Under the pieces are notes generated by a model that was given only the letters and a program-made list of their open reading frames with translations, ran no database searches and had not been told where the DNA came from. A stretch of 64,000 bases of DNA, from NCBI RefSeq assembly GCF_021869535.1, contig NW_026262604.1, positions 34,782,001 through 34,846,000 on the forward strand. Reading direction: 5' to 3'. Each line of letters opens with the position of its first letter. The first letter of the stretch is position 1. A program made the position numbers and the translations under genes. Source of the stretch: Mytilus californianus (taxonomy: Eukaryota). Shown piece by piece: positions 12,801-23,816 of this stretch.

Positions 12801-13508
12801 ATCTGATGCATCGATCTTTACTGCTGAAGCAGAAGCAATAATTTTGGCTTTGAAATTTATTGCTTCTTCAGATAAATCCAAATTTATTATATGTTCTGAT
12901 TCACTTTCATGCTTACAAGCTATACAAAATACTAAAATTAAAAACCCAACAATTCTAAAAATTTTATATGTAATGAGGAATTTAAAAATTCTTCTTAAAG
13001 AAATATTTTTTCTATGGGTGCCGAGTCATGTTGGAATCCTTGGAAACACAGCTGTAGACCTTGAGGCAAAGAATGCCCTGGGTGACCCTTTATCTAACTG
13101 TGATATACCATATACCGATTTTAAATCTAATATTAGAGAATATGTTTTTAATATATTGAAAAATGAATGGAGTAAAAAATATGGTAATAAATTACATGAA
13201 ATTAAACCTAATTTGTGTAAACCTTTCAATAATTTTATGTGCAGAAAAGATCAGTGTGTTATTTCTAGATGTCGTATTGGTCATACTAGAATAACACACG
13301 AATATCTTTTAAAAAATGAAGTAGAACCACAATGTATACCTTGTAACTGCAAGTATACTATAAAACATGTTTAATCAATTGTATTGACTTTGCTGATATT
13401 CGTAAGAAGCATTTCAATGTTAATAATATGTATGATTTATTTAATAATGTTCCATTTACAAATATTGTTTCATTCTTAAAAGAAGTTGGAATATATTCTA
13501 AAATATAA
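9838..13508 (+). pseudogene. LINE ORF2: APE endonuclease, RT, RNase H, Zn motif; stop at 12703-12705 and 1-nt deletion near 13370
   Basis: IIQWNCRG, CLQETH, DFNAH, SDHFP; YRPIALTS, FFDLEKAYD, GVPQGS, YVDD; YTDGSK, CSDSLS, WVPSHVGI. Confidence 0.95.
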
Positions 13509-14771
13509 AAATGTTATTATATTTAAAACGATTTTAAATTTGATCACGTTATCTTTATGTTCATTTTTATTTGTAAATAATCAATTTGCTTTCATCTAGA
13601 ATTTTAGTTTATTGAAGGGCCTTTTGTCTGATTTTAAGAATATGCTTTAAATTGTAAAAAATATTCGAATTAGCTCTCGCCGCGATATAGCCTTGTTGTG
13701 CTAATGCGGCGTAAAGCAACCAACAATCAATCAATCAATCATTTTCTGATGATAGTTTAAATGAGGTTTCCATTGTTGCACAGAATACAAGAAAAAAACA
13801 GAAAACTGTTGTCATGCCAAAAATTAATATGCTGACCAAATCAAACTTATTGTCAAAGGAAAAAGTAAAGGATTTGAAAGACATGTTAAAGTATATGCCT
13901 CTCGATGACAGAAAGTATTATGAGACTGTTTTCAAGAGTTACAAGTAAGCTACAAGACGTAGACTCATTATTGCATTGTCAGTTTACGATGTTAGCAGAA
14001 TTATCGTCTGAAGAGACTTCAGGTATGCTGGACCTTTACATCCTGAATGGTTTTTGTGTTTAAGTTTTTGTTTAAATCTTTTTAATTATTCTTTACCACA
14101 AATGTAAAAGTTTAGAGGAAAACTGTTGCATGTTGAAGAGGTAATAATTTTCAGTGTCATTGTTTTGAAAGGAATTCAAAATGCTCATTCTCTGGGTTGC
14201 TGTTATTTACTGTTTGTGATTATTGTTTTTTTTTTATATATTATTTGTTATTTGTTTTGGTTAAATATACAAGAAGTATTTCTTTTCTTTCTTTTTGCCA
14301 AGATTTTCCACGATTATGCTTTATATTTTGTATTGAAAAAATTTTGTTGTGCGTTCAAATTAAAGATTCTATCTTCATGACTTAATGTTTTCCAGTTAAT
14401 TATCATTCTTGACAAATAATGGTGTCAAGAATATACGATGGTAAAAGATATACATAAAAATCATAATTTTGAATCCTTTAAATTCTTATTCTTCAATGCT
14501 TTCGTAGTTTACTGGTATAATATTATAATATAATAAGTCCAGTACCATTTTAATTCTTGTAAAATATGTGACCAAAAGATAAAAATGTTCTATCTCCAAA
14601 TATTTTATGTTTTTTTTTTTTATTTAAACAGTGTGTTAGTCAATATCGGTAACGAGAAAACATCAACATTCATCAATTCAAAAAACACAATAAATTAATC
14701 AATGCTCTTTCATTGCTCCTTGGTAGAAAAGCAGTCATTACAATTTCAGATGGAGTTATCTCCATTTTCAA

Positions 14772-14808
14772 AAATATGGACATAGAACACTATTAGATTC
14801 ACACGACG
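14772..14808 (-). repeat. Right TIR of the Sola1-like element
   Basis: Reverse complement of 4234-4270, followed by the TSD ACCT. Confidence 0.88.
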
Positions 14809-16599
14809 ACCTGTTATTGTAGTTAAAATAAAGCACTTTCTCTATCACAATTTCTTCAAACATTAATGTACAATGATGCCATTTTCACTCATTTTGATAT
14901 TTGTTCAATCATTTGCTTTAATATATGTTATTACTTGAGTTTATAACACGAACAACATTTTTTACCTGCATCTTACTGTTGTCGAAGGGCAGTCAGTTTC
15001 AATATTCTGCTATCGTGGACACTTCCTAGCATATTTCCCTTCATGCTGATAAATCTGTATTTGCCATTGATTGAAAAAGTAAACCATCGTTATGACTTGT
15101 GAGAAAAAAAAAACAGTAAAAAATAAAGAGCTTGTTAAGCTGCAATTCTAATCATGTGCAATATGATGTAGTTGTTGAACAAGCAATTAGGTTTGTGTCA
15201 TTTAATCAGAATGGCTATTAGGTTGGGTTTTTCTGTCATTTGTTTGTTGTCGTATTGGCGCAAATCTCACATCTTCTGCAGGTTTTTATTCGTTTGCTAT
15301 ATTCTTCTTCTATGAATATACTTACATGAAGATGAATAGAACATATATGTACCAAAATTTATAATGTAAAGTGAACAGATTTATTTTGTCTTTTCAACTT
15401 CTACCGCTCTTTTGATATATGGGAACATGTCTGTATGGCAAGATTCATGTGACCTTGACCTAATTTTTATGGTTCATTAGTCAATGTTAAAGTGCTTTTC
15501 TGTCAGGTTATCAGATAATATAAACAATAGATTTATTGAAACTTATTTTCCTCATCAAATCTATATTTGTTTTTTAAACAACGAGATCTTATCATATAAG
15601 GATCTGATAACTAGAGCTATCAGAACAATATATAAAAAATACACCAAAATGAAAAATAACGAAGTTTAAACTTTGCTTGCATTTTAACAAATTTCACCAT
15701 AATAGATTTGGTAAAAAGTAAAATTTCAAAAATACCGATCTTCAAAGAAAATTCTAAACGGAAAGTCCTCTATCTTTTGAATTTATGTTAATTATCATTT
15801 TTATTTAATATTTGATCAGTAGAGGAAAAGGAAAATGGTCAAAACCCAACTCATGTATTTCCAGTTTTTAGCGTGACTATATCAATTGGAGAACTTACAT
15901 ACCAAGAGAGGTGTCTCATTGTCAATTGTATTACATCTAAATAGGCTGTGTATTTGAGTACTTTCTCACAAAGTTTGTAAAAAAACTACTTATTTGTGAT
16001 GGGGAATGCCATTCTTCCTGCTTAAATACTTTGGTTCCCATCATCATCCCTTTAAGTTATATAATTCTTCAGCTACATCTTCTTCATTTGGTCGTTTACC
16101 TGGTGTGTCAAAAATATTTATGTATTGAAGATATGTAGTCTTTGACTTTTGTTGTCGCATTGGCAATCATACCACATCTTTTTATTTTTATAAAGTTTAT
16201 ATAGCATTTTTATATAGGTAAATATTTACAACTATATTCCCAAAACTATGTATATCAGAGGTAATTATGGTAAACAATTGCAACATTGGGCAAATCATAT
16301 GCTGTTGTTTATTTTCATTCATACAATAAATGGTTTAAACACAGAAAGGAGTTATTCAACAGCATATCAACATGATTTAAACCCCACTGCTGACATACTA
16401 ACTATAAATAACTCTTAACATGACATAGATGTTTTTATTAGAAGTATGATTAAGGTAAGCTCTTGTGTCTTTCTAGTATTACATGGGGTGATTTAGTGCT
16501 GTTTTTAAGTCATTTTCCGATATTTATTTTTTTCTCCTATTTCTCCTTTATTTATTTGACTTGAATTCATAACTATCACTCTAAAGCATGTGATCAGAA

Positions 16600-17395
16600 T
16601 TATTTAAACAAGTTATTGGTATGTAACATTGTATTATTGTCACATGATCATATGCATTTTGCAATGAACAGTCTTGGCATCACAGATGTCTTTGCCACAT
16701 TGTGCCTCGCTGAAGTTATATTGGAGAACCTTAATATGAACTTGAATTCAGATGTTGAATCAAAGGAAGCAGTGGTACACAGTGATAACATCCCGCATTG
16801 TCGCTCTTTAAGATGACCTCATTCACCTAGTCCTGACTGATACTAGCAGTTGTTTTAACAAATCTGTTATTTATGGACAACAGAGAACATACTCTGAGCT
16901 GCATGATATAGACAAAGGTTTGGACATCAAATTTGTCTGTATGAGTTGCAGGCGTTCCACCTAAATTCTATTAAGATGTTACAACTGATGAAATGTGCCA
17001 ACCAATGCCATTTTTCCATAGAAATCAGCCTGTGTTTTATAGGTAGGAACTTCATTGCCAAGTCCATTACACTTAAACATTGATGTGATTCCATTTTACT
17101 AGTACATCTCGTCGTGCCTGTTCTTGGTGCACTGTTCTAATGCAATGAGCTTTCCAACTTGATAAGTTTTATGTCGGTATCTGCAAGTCATGGTTTATCT
17201 CCTCCTAGATGTCAGCAGGAATTGCTTGTCTGACAGCTGATACTGAATTCAACATACTGTATTTCATACCCCTGTCATGGCCATGGTCACATTTATCGTT
17301 GTTACATTTTGATGTAGGATCACTTAGGCTGTATGTAGAACAGTGTTCTGCACATTTTGGTTTGTTTTCAACATGCCCCTTTATCTCTAACTTTA
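16600..17395 (-). pseudogene. DDE transposase relic (DWAMKFLP/SDNAGCYH family, Sola3-like)
   Basis: Fragments CAEHCSTYSLSDP, HQEQARRDVL, VMDLAMKFLP, QADFYGK, LKSDNAGCYH, GKDICDAK across several frames. The family name is tentative. Confidence 0.65.
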
Positions 17396-17830
17396 ATTTA
17401 ATTCTCTCTAGTTCCTTCTTCAGCTCTGTATTTTTGAGTGGTTTGCCGTATGGTAACTTACTAAATTTTGCAATAGGATTTTCAAGGAAGACACACCACT
17501 TGGTATTACTGAAGTTATGTTCACCAAAAGTATGTCCTTGCATTGCTTTAATTCCAGTTGTCACACCACCTTTTTATTCTGTTCAATCATATATGAGAAA
17601 TTCTGCATTATGTAATTGATAACCCTTTGTGACAATTCTTTGTAATTTTTATTTATTGCATATACCTGTTTTGAAATGTTTTTTCTTGGTATGGTGTTTG
17701 TCAGATCTTTTCTTAAGTTTTATTTTAAGAACGTTTTGTGCCCATTGAAAACATGTAGTGTCATCATCGCCAGCAATTTCTTTTATATGATTTTTATATC
17801 CACACCATTATTTATGAGATGTGGCTCTTG
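17396..17830 (-). pseudogene. Mutator-like transposase relic
   Basis: IAGDDDTT, KKRSDKHHTKK, YKELSQRVINYIMQNFSYMIEQN, HTFGEHNFSNTKWC..LPYGKPL. Confidence 0.6.
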
Positions 17831-17861
17831 TGTAGTGGCAAACATGTAGAATAAATGCTCC

Positions 17862-18035
17862 CCTAACGCGTGTCTCTTGACACCCCTCGTCACCACAGGA
17901 CAGCCGCGCACAGGGCAGTGTTGATCCCTTTGGCTCAGGATATATGTTCGTTCCATCTTGCCACTTCTGGGGGCACCTATAATCGTAGATCCCCTCAGGA
18001 TCAGCTACAGGTGCACTGTCTCCTCCTCTAAAAGA
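17862..18035 (-). mobile_element. Short GC-rich fragment of a related Gypsy ORF3
   Basis: QHCPVRGCPVVTRGVKRHA resembles QQCPIQGCPIRALDIQPHV of the ORF3 at about 19500. Confidence 0.55.
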
Positions 18036-18454
18036 TCTTCAACTAAATGGTTATGAATCTATTGCATACAAGCATTTTATTCAGAACTATATAGTAGAAA
18101 TTAATTAGTTGGCACGAGGACCCTCTTTTACTCTTTTATTATAGTGTCCATGACATATTTGAACTCAACAATGGTTAAGTTACATTTAAAGTAAAGAACA
18201 ATAATCAGCTTTTCATGATCAGTTTTTATCAACAAAAATATGAAGATGTGGTATGATTGCCAATGAAAGACAGGCAATCTCTCGGCATGTGCAATACTAT
18301 ATAATATATACCTTCTCATTCTAGTTACCTACAGGGATTAAAATGAACCGCCTCGTGCCGATTTGCCTCTTCCCGCAAATGATTTATATGTTCAATACGG
18401 CTGAAACGTTTCTTGTACATCCCCATTGTTTGTTTTCTTAACAGTTTCAAAATC

Positions 18455-19118
18455 TAATGCATTGTAAAATGTAATAGAAATACCAAAAGAAAAGGTTGCC
18501 GATTAAATTGATTGTTGTTGGTTGCTTAACGTCCAGTGGCAAATATTTCATGCATATTCAGGACGAGAACAAATTAACAATAAATATAATAGGTAGGTTC
18601 TGTAATAGTTGCCGATTAAAGATACCATCTTATATACAATTATCTCGAAAAAAAATGACCACTTTAAGGTAACTTTTAATGCAGTAATCTTTAAAAAGTG
18701 GTCGAATCTGGTAAAAATAAAGATAATTATCAGTCAAAAATATGACCGATTTAAGGTTACATCTGATACAATTATCTATAAAACATGACCGATTTATATT
18801 TCATCTAAGGCAATATTCTATAAATAGTGGTCATTGATGTATAGATATATCTACTATACGTATCTATAAAATATGATCGATTTAAGGTTACATCTAGTAA
18901 ATAATATATTTAAAGTGGTCGAATCTTGTCAAATGTAATATAGTTATCAACAAAAATGGCCGATTCAAGTATACATCTAATACAATTATCTATAAAAAGA
19001 AGTTGTCGATTTAAAGTTTAATCTACTACAATTTAAAAAAAAAATGAAAAAAAAATGTAGAATTTATTGAGAAAAAATAAATCTATTAAGAAAGTGACTG
19101 ATTTGATGTAAAATCATG
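18455..19118 (-). repeat. Satellite patch, same family as 48700-56693, opposite orientation
   Basis: Repeated GACCGATTTAAGGTTACATCT, the reverse complement of the main-array motif. Confidence 0.85.
18508..18607 (-). mobile_element. 5'-truncated SINE copy (tail only)
   Basis: SINE 3' end flanked by the 13-bp TSD GTTGCCGATTAAA (18495-18507, 18608-18620). Confidence 0.88.
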
Positions 19119-19119
19119 T

Positions 19120-20568
19120 AAAACCTAAACATTCCCCTGAATGCCTCTGCCCTATCTCCCAACTCTCCCATTATGGCTGCCTGGACCCTCCAGTCAATGA
19201 GGGCTCAAGGAGAGTTAACCGGCGCTGTCGAAAAGTATGGGGGAACTGGTCGTCCCCCTTCCAGGCATACTTCTTCCATCTGGCCCTGGACTGCCTGCCC
19301 AATGATGTGGGGTCGGGTTATTGCCAGCCTATTAATGTGGGTAACCAAATCCTCTAGGTCCCCATCCACTAGCATCCAGGCTTGTGCTTGTAGCGCTGCT
19401 ACCCTGATTGGTGCGAGGGAAGCCCTTGATGGATCGGATGATTCTCCGAATACTTCAGCCACATGTTCCAGCATCACATGTGGCTGAATATCCAATGCCC
19501 TTATGGGGCAACCCTGGATTGGGCACTGCTGTAGGGTGGGGAGGTTGCTCTCCCTTGGCGGTGTAGGTCCTTGGGGTGTCCTCTGGCCTGACACCCCAGT
19601 CTCCCTCAGCTGGTAGTCTGGTTGGGGTGTCCTTTGACTTGACACTCCAGTCTCCCTGGCTTGGTGGTTTCCTTGGGGTGTCCTCGGGCCTGACACCCCA
19701 GTCTCCCTCCGCTGGTAGTCTGATTGGGGTGTCCTTTGACTTGACACCCCAGTCTCCCGTGCTTGATGTTTTTCTTGAGGTGTCTCATAGCCTGACACCC
19801 CAGTCTTTCTCCCTGTGTAGTAGTTCAGGGGTGTCCTCTGTCCTGACACCCCTGTCACCTTGGACGTATAGCCACGTTGGGGTGTCCCTTGCCACGACAC
19901 CCCTGTCCCCCTCCTTCCTCCTCCCCGGAATGAGCTCTGTGCGGACACCCCTGCTCCATCCCTTGCTCCGGACTGGGGTGCCCGCCTCTCTTGGGTCTCT
20001 CTGAGGGCCCTCTGCAGTCTGGCCATTTCTCCTGCCTGGCGTTCTTTCTGCCTATTCCTCCTCCTCTTCCTCTCCTGTGTAGTTTCCTTACTACCCTGAA
20101 AACCCCTACCCAGTGGAGGCGCGCTGTGAGCATCCCGGTCGGCTGGAATGCCCACAGGGGTGTCCCTAGCCATCGGGACAGCGGCCCCTGGAGTGCTCCT
20201 GGAAACGGAACAGCGGCTCCTTCCTCCACTGGGGTCCCTAACTGTACCCTCCCTACTGCCTGACCGAGCCCTTCCCCGGGAACTGCGGCTCCCATCCCTG
20301 GTGTTCCTGACTGCCCCAGAACCCCACTCTAGACTTGTGTCTCCAGCCTTTGGGGAGGAGTCCCTGTGGTCCCCATAGATGGCTTTTCCTGGAACCTCAG
20401 CTTCCCCCCTTGGGCCTTGGGCTCTCCCTGGTTTGGGATACCCCTTTCAACTGAGGGGACCCTATTTTGGTGTCGTCCCCTGGGGCTTACCTCTCTCTCT
20501 TCTTTCTTTTCCTCGGCAGCCCAACTCCTCTTCGGGCTGCCCCCAGTGCTATCATCATCACTGGACAT
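19120..20568 (-). pseudogene. Gypsy ORF3 (env position): basic low-complexity N-terminus, tandem repeats, CP..GC..H motif; truncated
   Basis: ORF pieces 20329-20637 and 19205-20173; in-frame stop at 19205 followed by ALIDWRVQAAIM. No signal peptide or TM segment seen. Confidence 0.7.
19570..19900 (-). repeat. About 54-57-bp coding tandem repeat (TGVSGQRTPQ...RE), 5-6 units
   Basis: GGGGTGTCC...TGACACCCC recurs regularly. Confidence 0.85.
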
Positions 20569-20762
20569 CTGTCTTCTCTGCAAATACAAAAAATACAACA
20601 TTGTGAGGCCCAACTTACTTACATCTGGCCTCTTCATTCAATATAGCAGCTATTTAACTAGGTACTCAGGTGTGTAAATAGTTGCCTTCATATGTACAAT
20701 CTCTTAAAACTATTTACAATGACTAAAAAACTTCTTATGTACAACAGCATTATTACAGCAAT

Positions 20763-23607
20763 CTATTCTGAACCCTTCCTACGGGCTGACCGCAGTCCAG
20801 TAGGGTTCAGACTAGCTTGTGGTGGATCTGGTCTATTTATTTTTGTCTTACAACCAGAGCATACATAGTCCTGGTTTTCCCACTCTTCAGCTTCCCGTGG
20901 AGAGATTCCCACGCACCTACCATGGTACCACTCATTGCACTTGTCACAGGAGATCATAAACTCTCCCGTATAAGGTCCTCGACAAATGCAGTACAGTGCC
21001 CCAGTACTTCCCGTGGAGGCATTTGTTTTCCTGCCCTCAGTTGATTGTAGGGTGGGGGCACCAGGTCCACCCCGACAGCACCTTGAACGCTATCTTGTGA
21101 AGGGGTTGCTGGGTTATTAAGTTGCATTGCTTGGGCCACCCCTCCCTTTTGAAGCTCTACTATTGCCCGATTTACCCATGCTGGTAGCTCCCTATCCCTA
21201 CACAGCTTTAAACGGTCGTGGTTTACCGTGGTGAGGGCTTTCTTCATTTTTACCTTATAAAGGTAAGGGGATATCCTTTCAAGGATGACCCCTGGTCCCC
21301 TCCACATAGGGCTTAGCTTCTTGCACTTGCCTGGTAGTGAAGCTGTGTCCAGCTTATAGATAACGTCCCCTACCTTGTACTGACGGGCAACTACCCTGAG
21401 ATCGTAAGCTTGCTTAGCTCTAAGTTGGGAGGTCTTGAGGTTTGCCCTCGCAACCTCATGGGCAGACTGTATGGCCTCTTCCAAGTCACCCACATAACCT
21501 GCCAGGTCTGGAGATGGCCCTGTTTTTGGTGGCCTGAACATTAACTCAGCAGGGAGGTTTACCTCTCTGCCCAACATGAGGCGATTGGGGGTAAACCCAG
21601 TGGATCGATTCACTGATGCCCTAATTGCCCCCGCTAATTGGGGAATGTGTAAGTCCCAAGTTTTCTGATTGGTCCCCACAAAACACCTGATGGAGGCCAG
21701 GAGGGTGCGATTAAATCTCTCCACCTGGCCATTAGCAGAAGGGCGATATGGGGTGGTCCGAGCCTTGTAGATGTGGAGCAGCTCACAAACTGATTGGAAG
21801 AGTACTCTCAAAATTTCGTCCCTGGTCTGTAAATATTTCGTATGGATACCCAAACCTACAGAAAAAATCGTTAACAGCCGCCCTTGCCGTGACTTCAGCC
21901 GTCTGAGAGGGGAGGGGGATACACTCCACCCACTTGCTGAATTGATCTACAATCATGAGCAGGTGTTCATTTGCTCTATCTGACTTTGGTAGGGGCCCTA
22001 CAAAATCGAGGTGCACTCTCTCCATAGGAGCCCCAGCATGAAACATTGTCATTGGGCACCTTGCAGTCTTATTCGGTTTCTTGCTCTGGTTACATGCCGA
22101 ACAACTTGCTACATAGCCCTCCAAGTCCTTTTTAAGCCCATGCCAGTAGTAAAACTGTTTTACTCTTTCTTGGGTTCTAGTCATGCCCTGGTGCCCAGCT
22201 GAGGGGATGTCATGGCATAATTCCATAATGTCCCTCCTCCATTCTCGGGGCACCAGCAACCTGTTTCCCTCTCCATCTTTTGCATGATACATTATCATTC
22301 CCCGTCCATCCCTACTGAACCGTTCCTTGATTGTCCAGTAAAATTTTGCTGGTTGGCTACTCCGGAACAGGTCCCCCTGAGCAGGTTGACAACTGTTATC
22401 GTCAAGCCACTCAGTGAGCCACTTACATTCAGGGTCTTTGCTCTGTGCGTCACAAATTTGTTCAACAGAATATTTCCCTAACACCACCCCAAGCCCATCC
22501 TGGACAACCCGGATGGAACATTCTGGGTCGTCTGGGACTATCACCACATCTCTACCTACAGTGGCCACTGTCACCCGTGATATGCAAATACCCTTATCAG
22601 CTGTTTTTGGATCGACAACCGGTATTTCATCTAAAAACCCAACCTCTGCAGAATCTTGGCCAGTTACCAGTATTTCGTTTACAGATCGTCCCCCCACACC
22701 TGTTCCTTTGGATGCCAATGGGATCACGTCATCCACATCGGTCATAAATTTAGACCACTGTGTTTGAGCCCTTGCACAGTATGGACAACCCCCACAGGGC
22801 AGGGTTGCCAGGTTGACATCGATTTTAAAGTCCTGACATGGAGAGTAATAGGCATTCTGGACAGGGCATCCGCGTTTATGTGCTTGGAGCCCGCCCTATG
22901 TCGCACCTCCATGTGATATTGGCTCAACTCCTCGAGCCAGCTGCCCTTGAGGCTGCTTAAAGCGAAGCAGCCAGGTAAGGCTACTGTGGTCTGTGCGGAC
23001 TACAAAATTCCTTCACAGCAAGTAGTGCCGGAACTGTCTGGTGAAGCGTACTACTGCCAGGAGCTCCTTCCTGGTAGTGCAGTACCGCCTTTGCTCTGGA
23101 GTTAGAGTAAAACTGGCATAGCAAACTACCCTTTCCTCGCCGTTTTGTATTTGGGACAAAACTGCCCCTAGTGCATAGTCTGAGGCATCTGTGTCTAGGA
23201 TAAATGGATCAGAGGTATTTGGTAGGGCCAGTAGGGGTGCAGAGGTGAGAGCCTCCCGCAATTTATCAAATGCCTCCTGCTGTGTTTCCCCCCATGTGAA
23301 AGACCTTTTGCCTGTAACATCTTGAAGGGGGCCTGCGATTTTAGAATACCCCTCAATGAAAGCCCGGTGATAGTTGGCGAACCCCTGAAAACGTTCTACA
23401 GATTTAGTATTGTGAGGGGTTGGCCATTTCTTCACATCCTTTATATAGCCGGGGCCAATATTCATACCCTGCCTGCTCACTACTCTGCCAAGGAATTCTA
23501 CCTGTTCTTGAAACAGTTCACATTTCTTTGGCTTGAGCTTGAGGCCGTATTCCCTTAAGCGCTGTAAGACTGCCCTCAGGTTGGCCAGATGAGAAGCTAT
23601 ATCTTTT
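20763..23607 (-). pseudogene. pol: Gypsy pol 3' part: RT C-terminus, RNase H, integrase (H2C2 and DDE core)
   Basis: FILDTDAS, YCTTRKELLAVV, KHINADALSR, CHDIPSAGHQG, HLDFVGP, FTDQGRNFES, NGQVERFNRTL. Confidence 0.95.
20847..20996 (-). pseudogene. PHD finger downstream of the integrase
   Basis: LYCICRGPYTGEFMISCDKCNEWYHGRCVGI...DYVCSGCK gives C4HC3; one frame off from the integrase ORF. Confidence 0.9.
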
Positions 23608-23816
23608 CCCAGAACCCAATCTAATTAAAATTAAATCTCCGCACTTGCTCCTCGTTGTTTATATGTCGCGCGTGGGAGATCTAACAACAGCCGCTTGAGG
23701 GTCATGTCTAGGGTCAAATTTGGTGAACTTTGACCGACCAATCAGCGTGCAGAAAATCAATTTCGATTAACCAATCAGCGACGGGCTTGTATACCATTAT
23801 CGGATCGTTAAAAAAC

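Larger units (their letters stand above)
7556..13740 (+). mobile_element. Full-length I-group (Nimb/Ingi-like) LINE with RNase H
   Basis: 14-bp TSD ATCATTTTCTGATG at 7542-7555 and 13738-13751; 5' UTR, ORF1, ORF2 and (AATC)n tail. Confidence 0.95.
5515..13948 (+). pseudogene. Sola1-type DDE transposase, join(5515..7555,13752..13948), one in-frame stop at 7021-7023, split by a LINE
   Basis: Motifs HINSF..IDSHYCR, PKKDRCDHC, FDMENV, FYKRKLNVFNLT, RGANDISS, WSDSCIPQNRN, GHS..EVDCVH..IE. Removing the LINE and one TSD restores the frame (FSD-DSLNEV...LSKEKVKDLKDMLKYMP...YK*). Confidence 0.88.
4234..14808 (+). mobile_element. Sola1-like DNA transposon carrying an F-box/LRR gene (with nested LINE)
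   Basis: 37-bp imperfect TIRs CGTCGTGTGAAT...; 4-bp TSD ACCT at 4230-4233 and 14809-14812; encloses a DDE transposase. The Sola1 assignment rests on recalled motifs. Confidence 0.85.

Noticed and set aside
14126-14385. Hydrophobic short ORFs in AT-rich DNA (also 50602, 52010, 53246, 54242, 57498)
   Set aside because: T-rich low-complexity or satellite translations with non-ATG starts and no motifs.
19120-19140. PPT and start of a 3' LTR
   Set aside because: AGGGGAA-TG looks suggestive, but the sequence does not match the 5' LTR and ORF3 is still coding there; the 3' LTR is missing, so no TSD can be called.
19205-20637. ORF3 as an envelope gene
   Set aside because: No signal peptide, furin site followed by a fusion peptide, or TM helix is visible.
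19173-20677. Many plus-strand ORFs over the Gypsy (also 31469-35338)
   Set aside because: Antisense shadows of GC-rich minus-strand coding sequence with no motifs.
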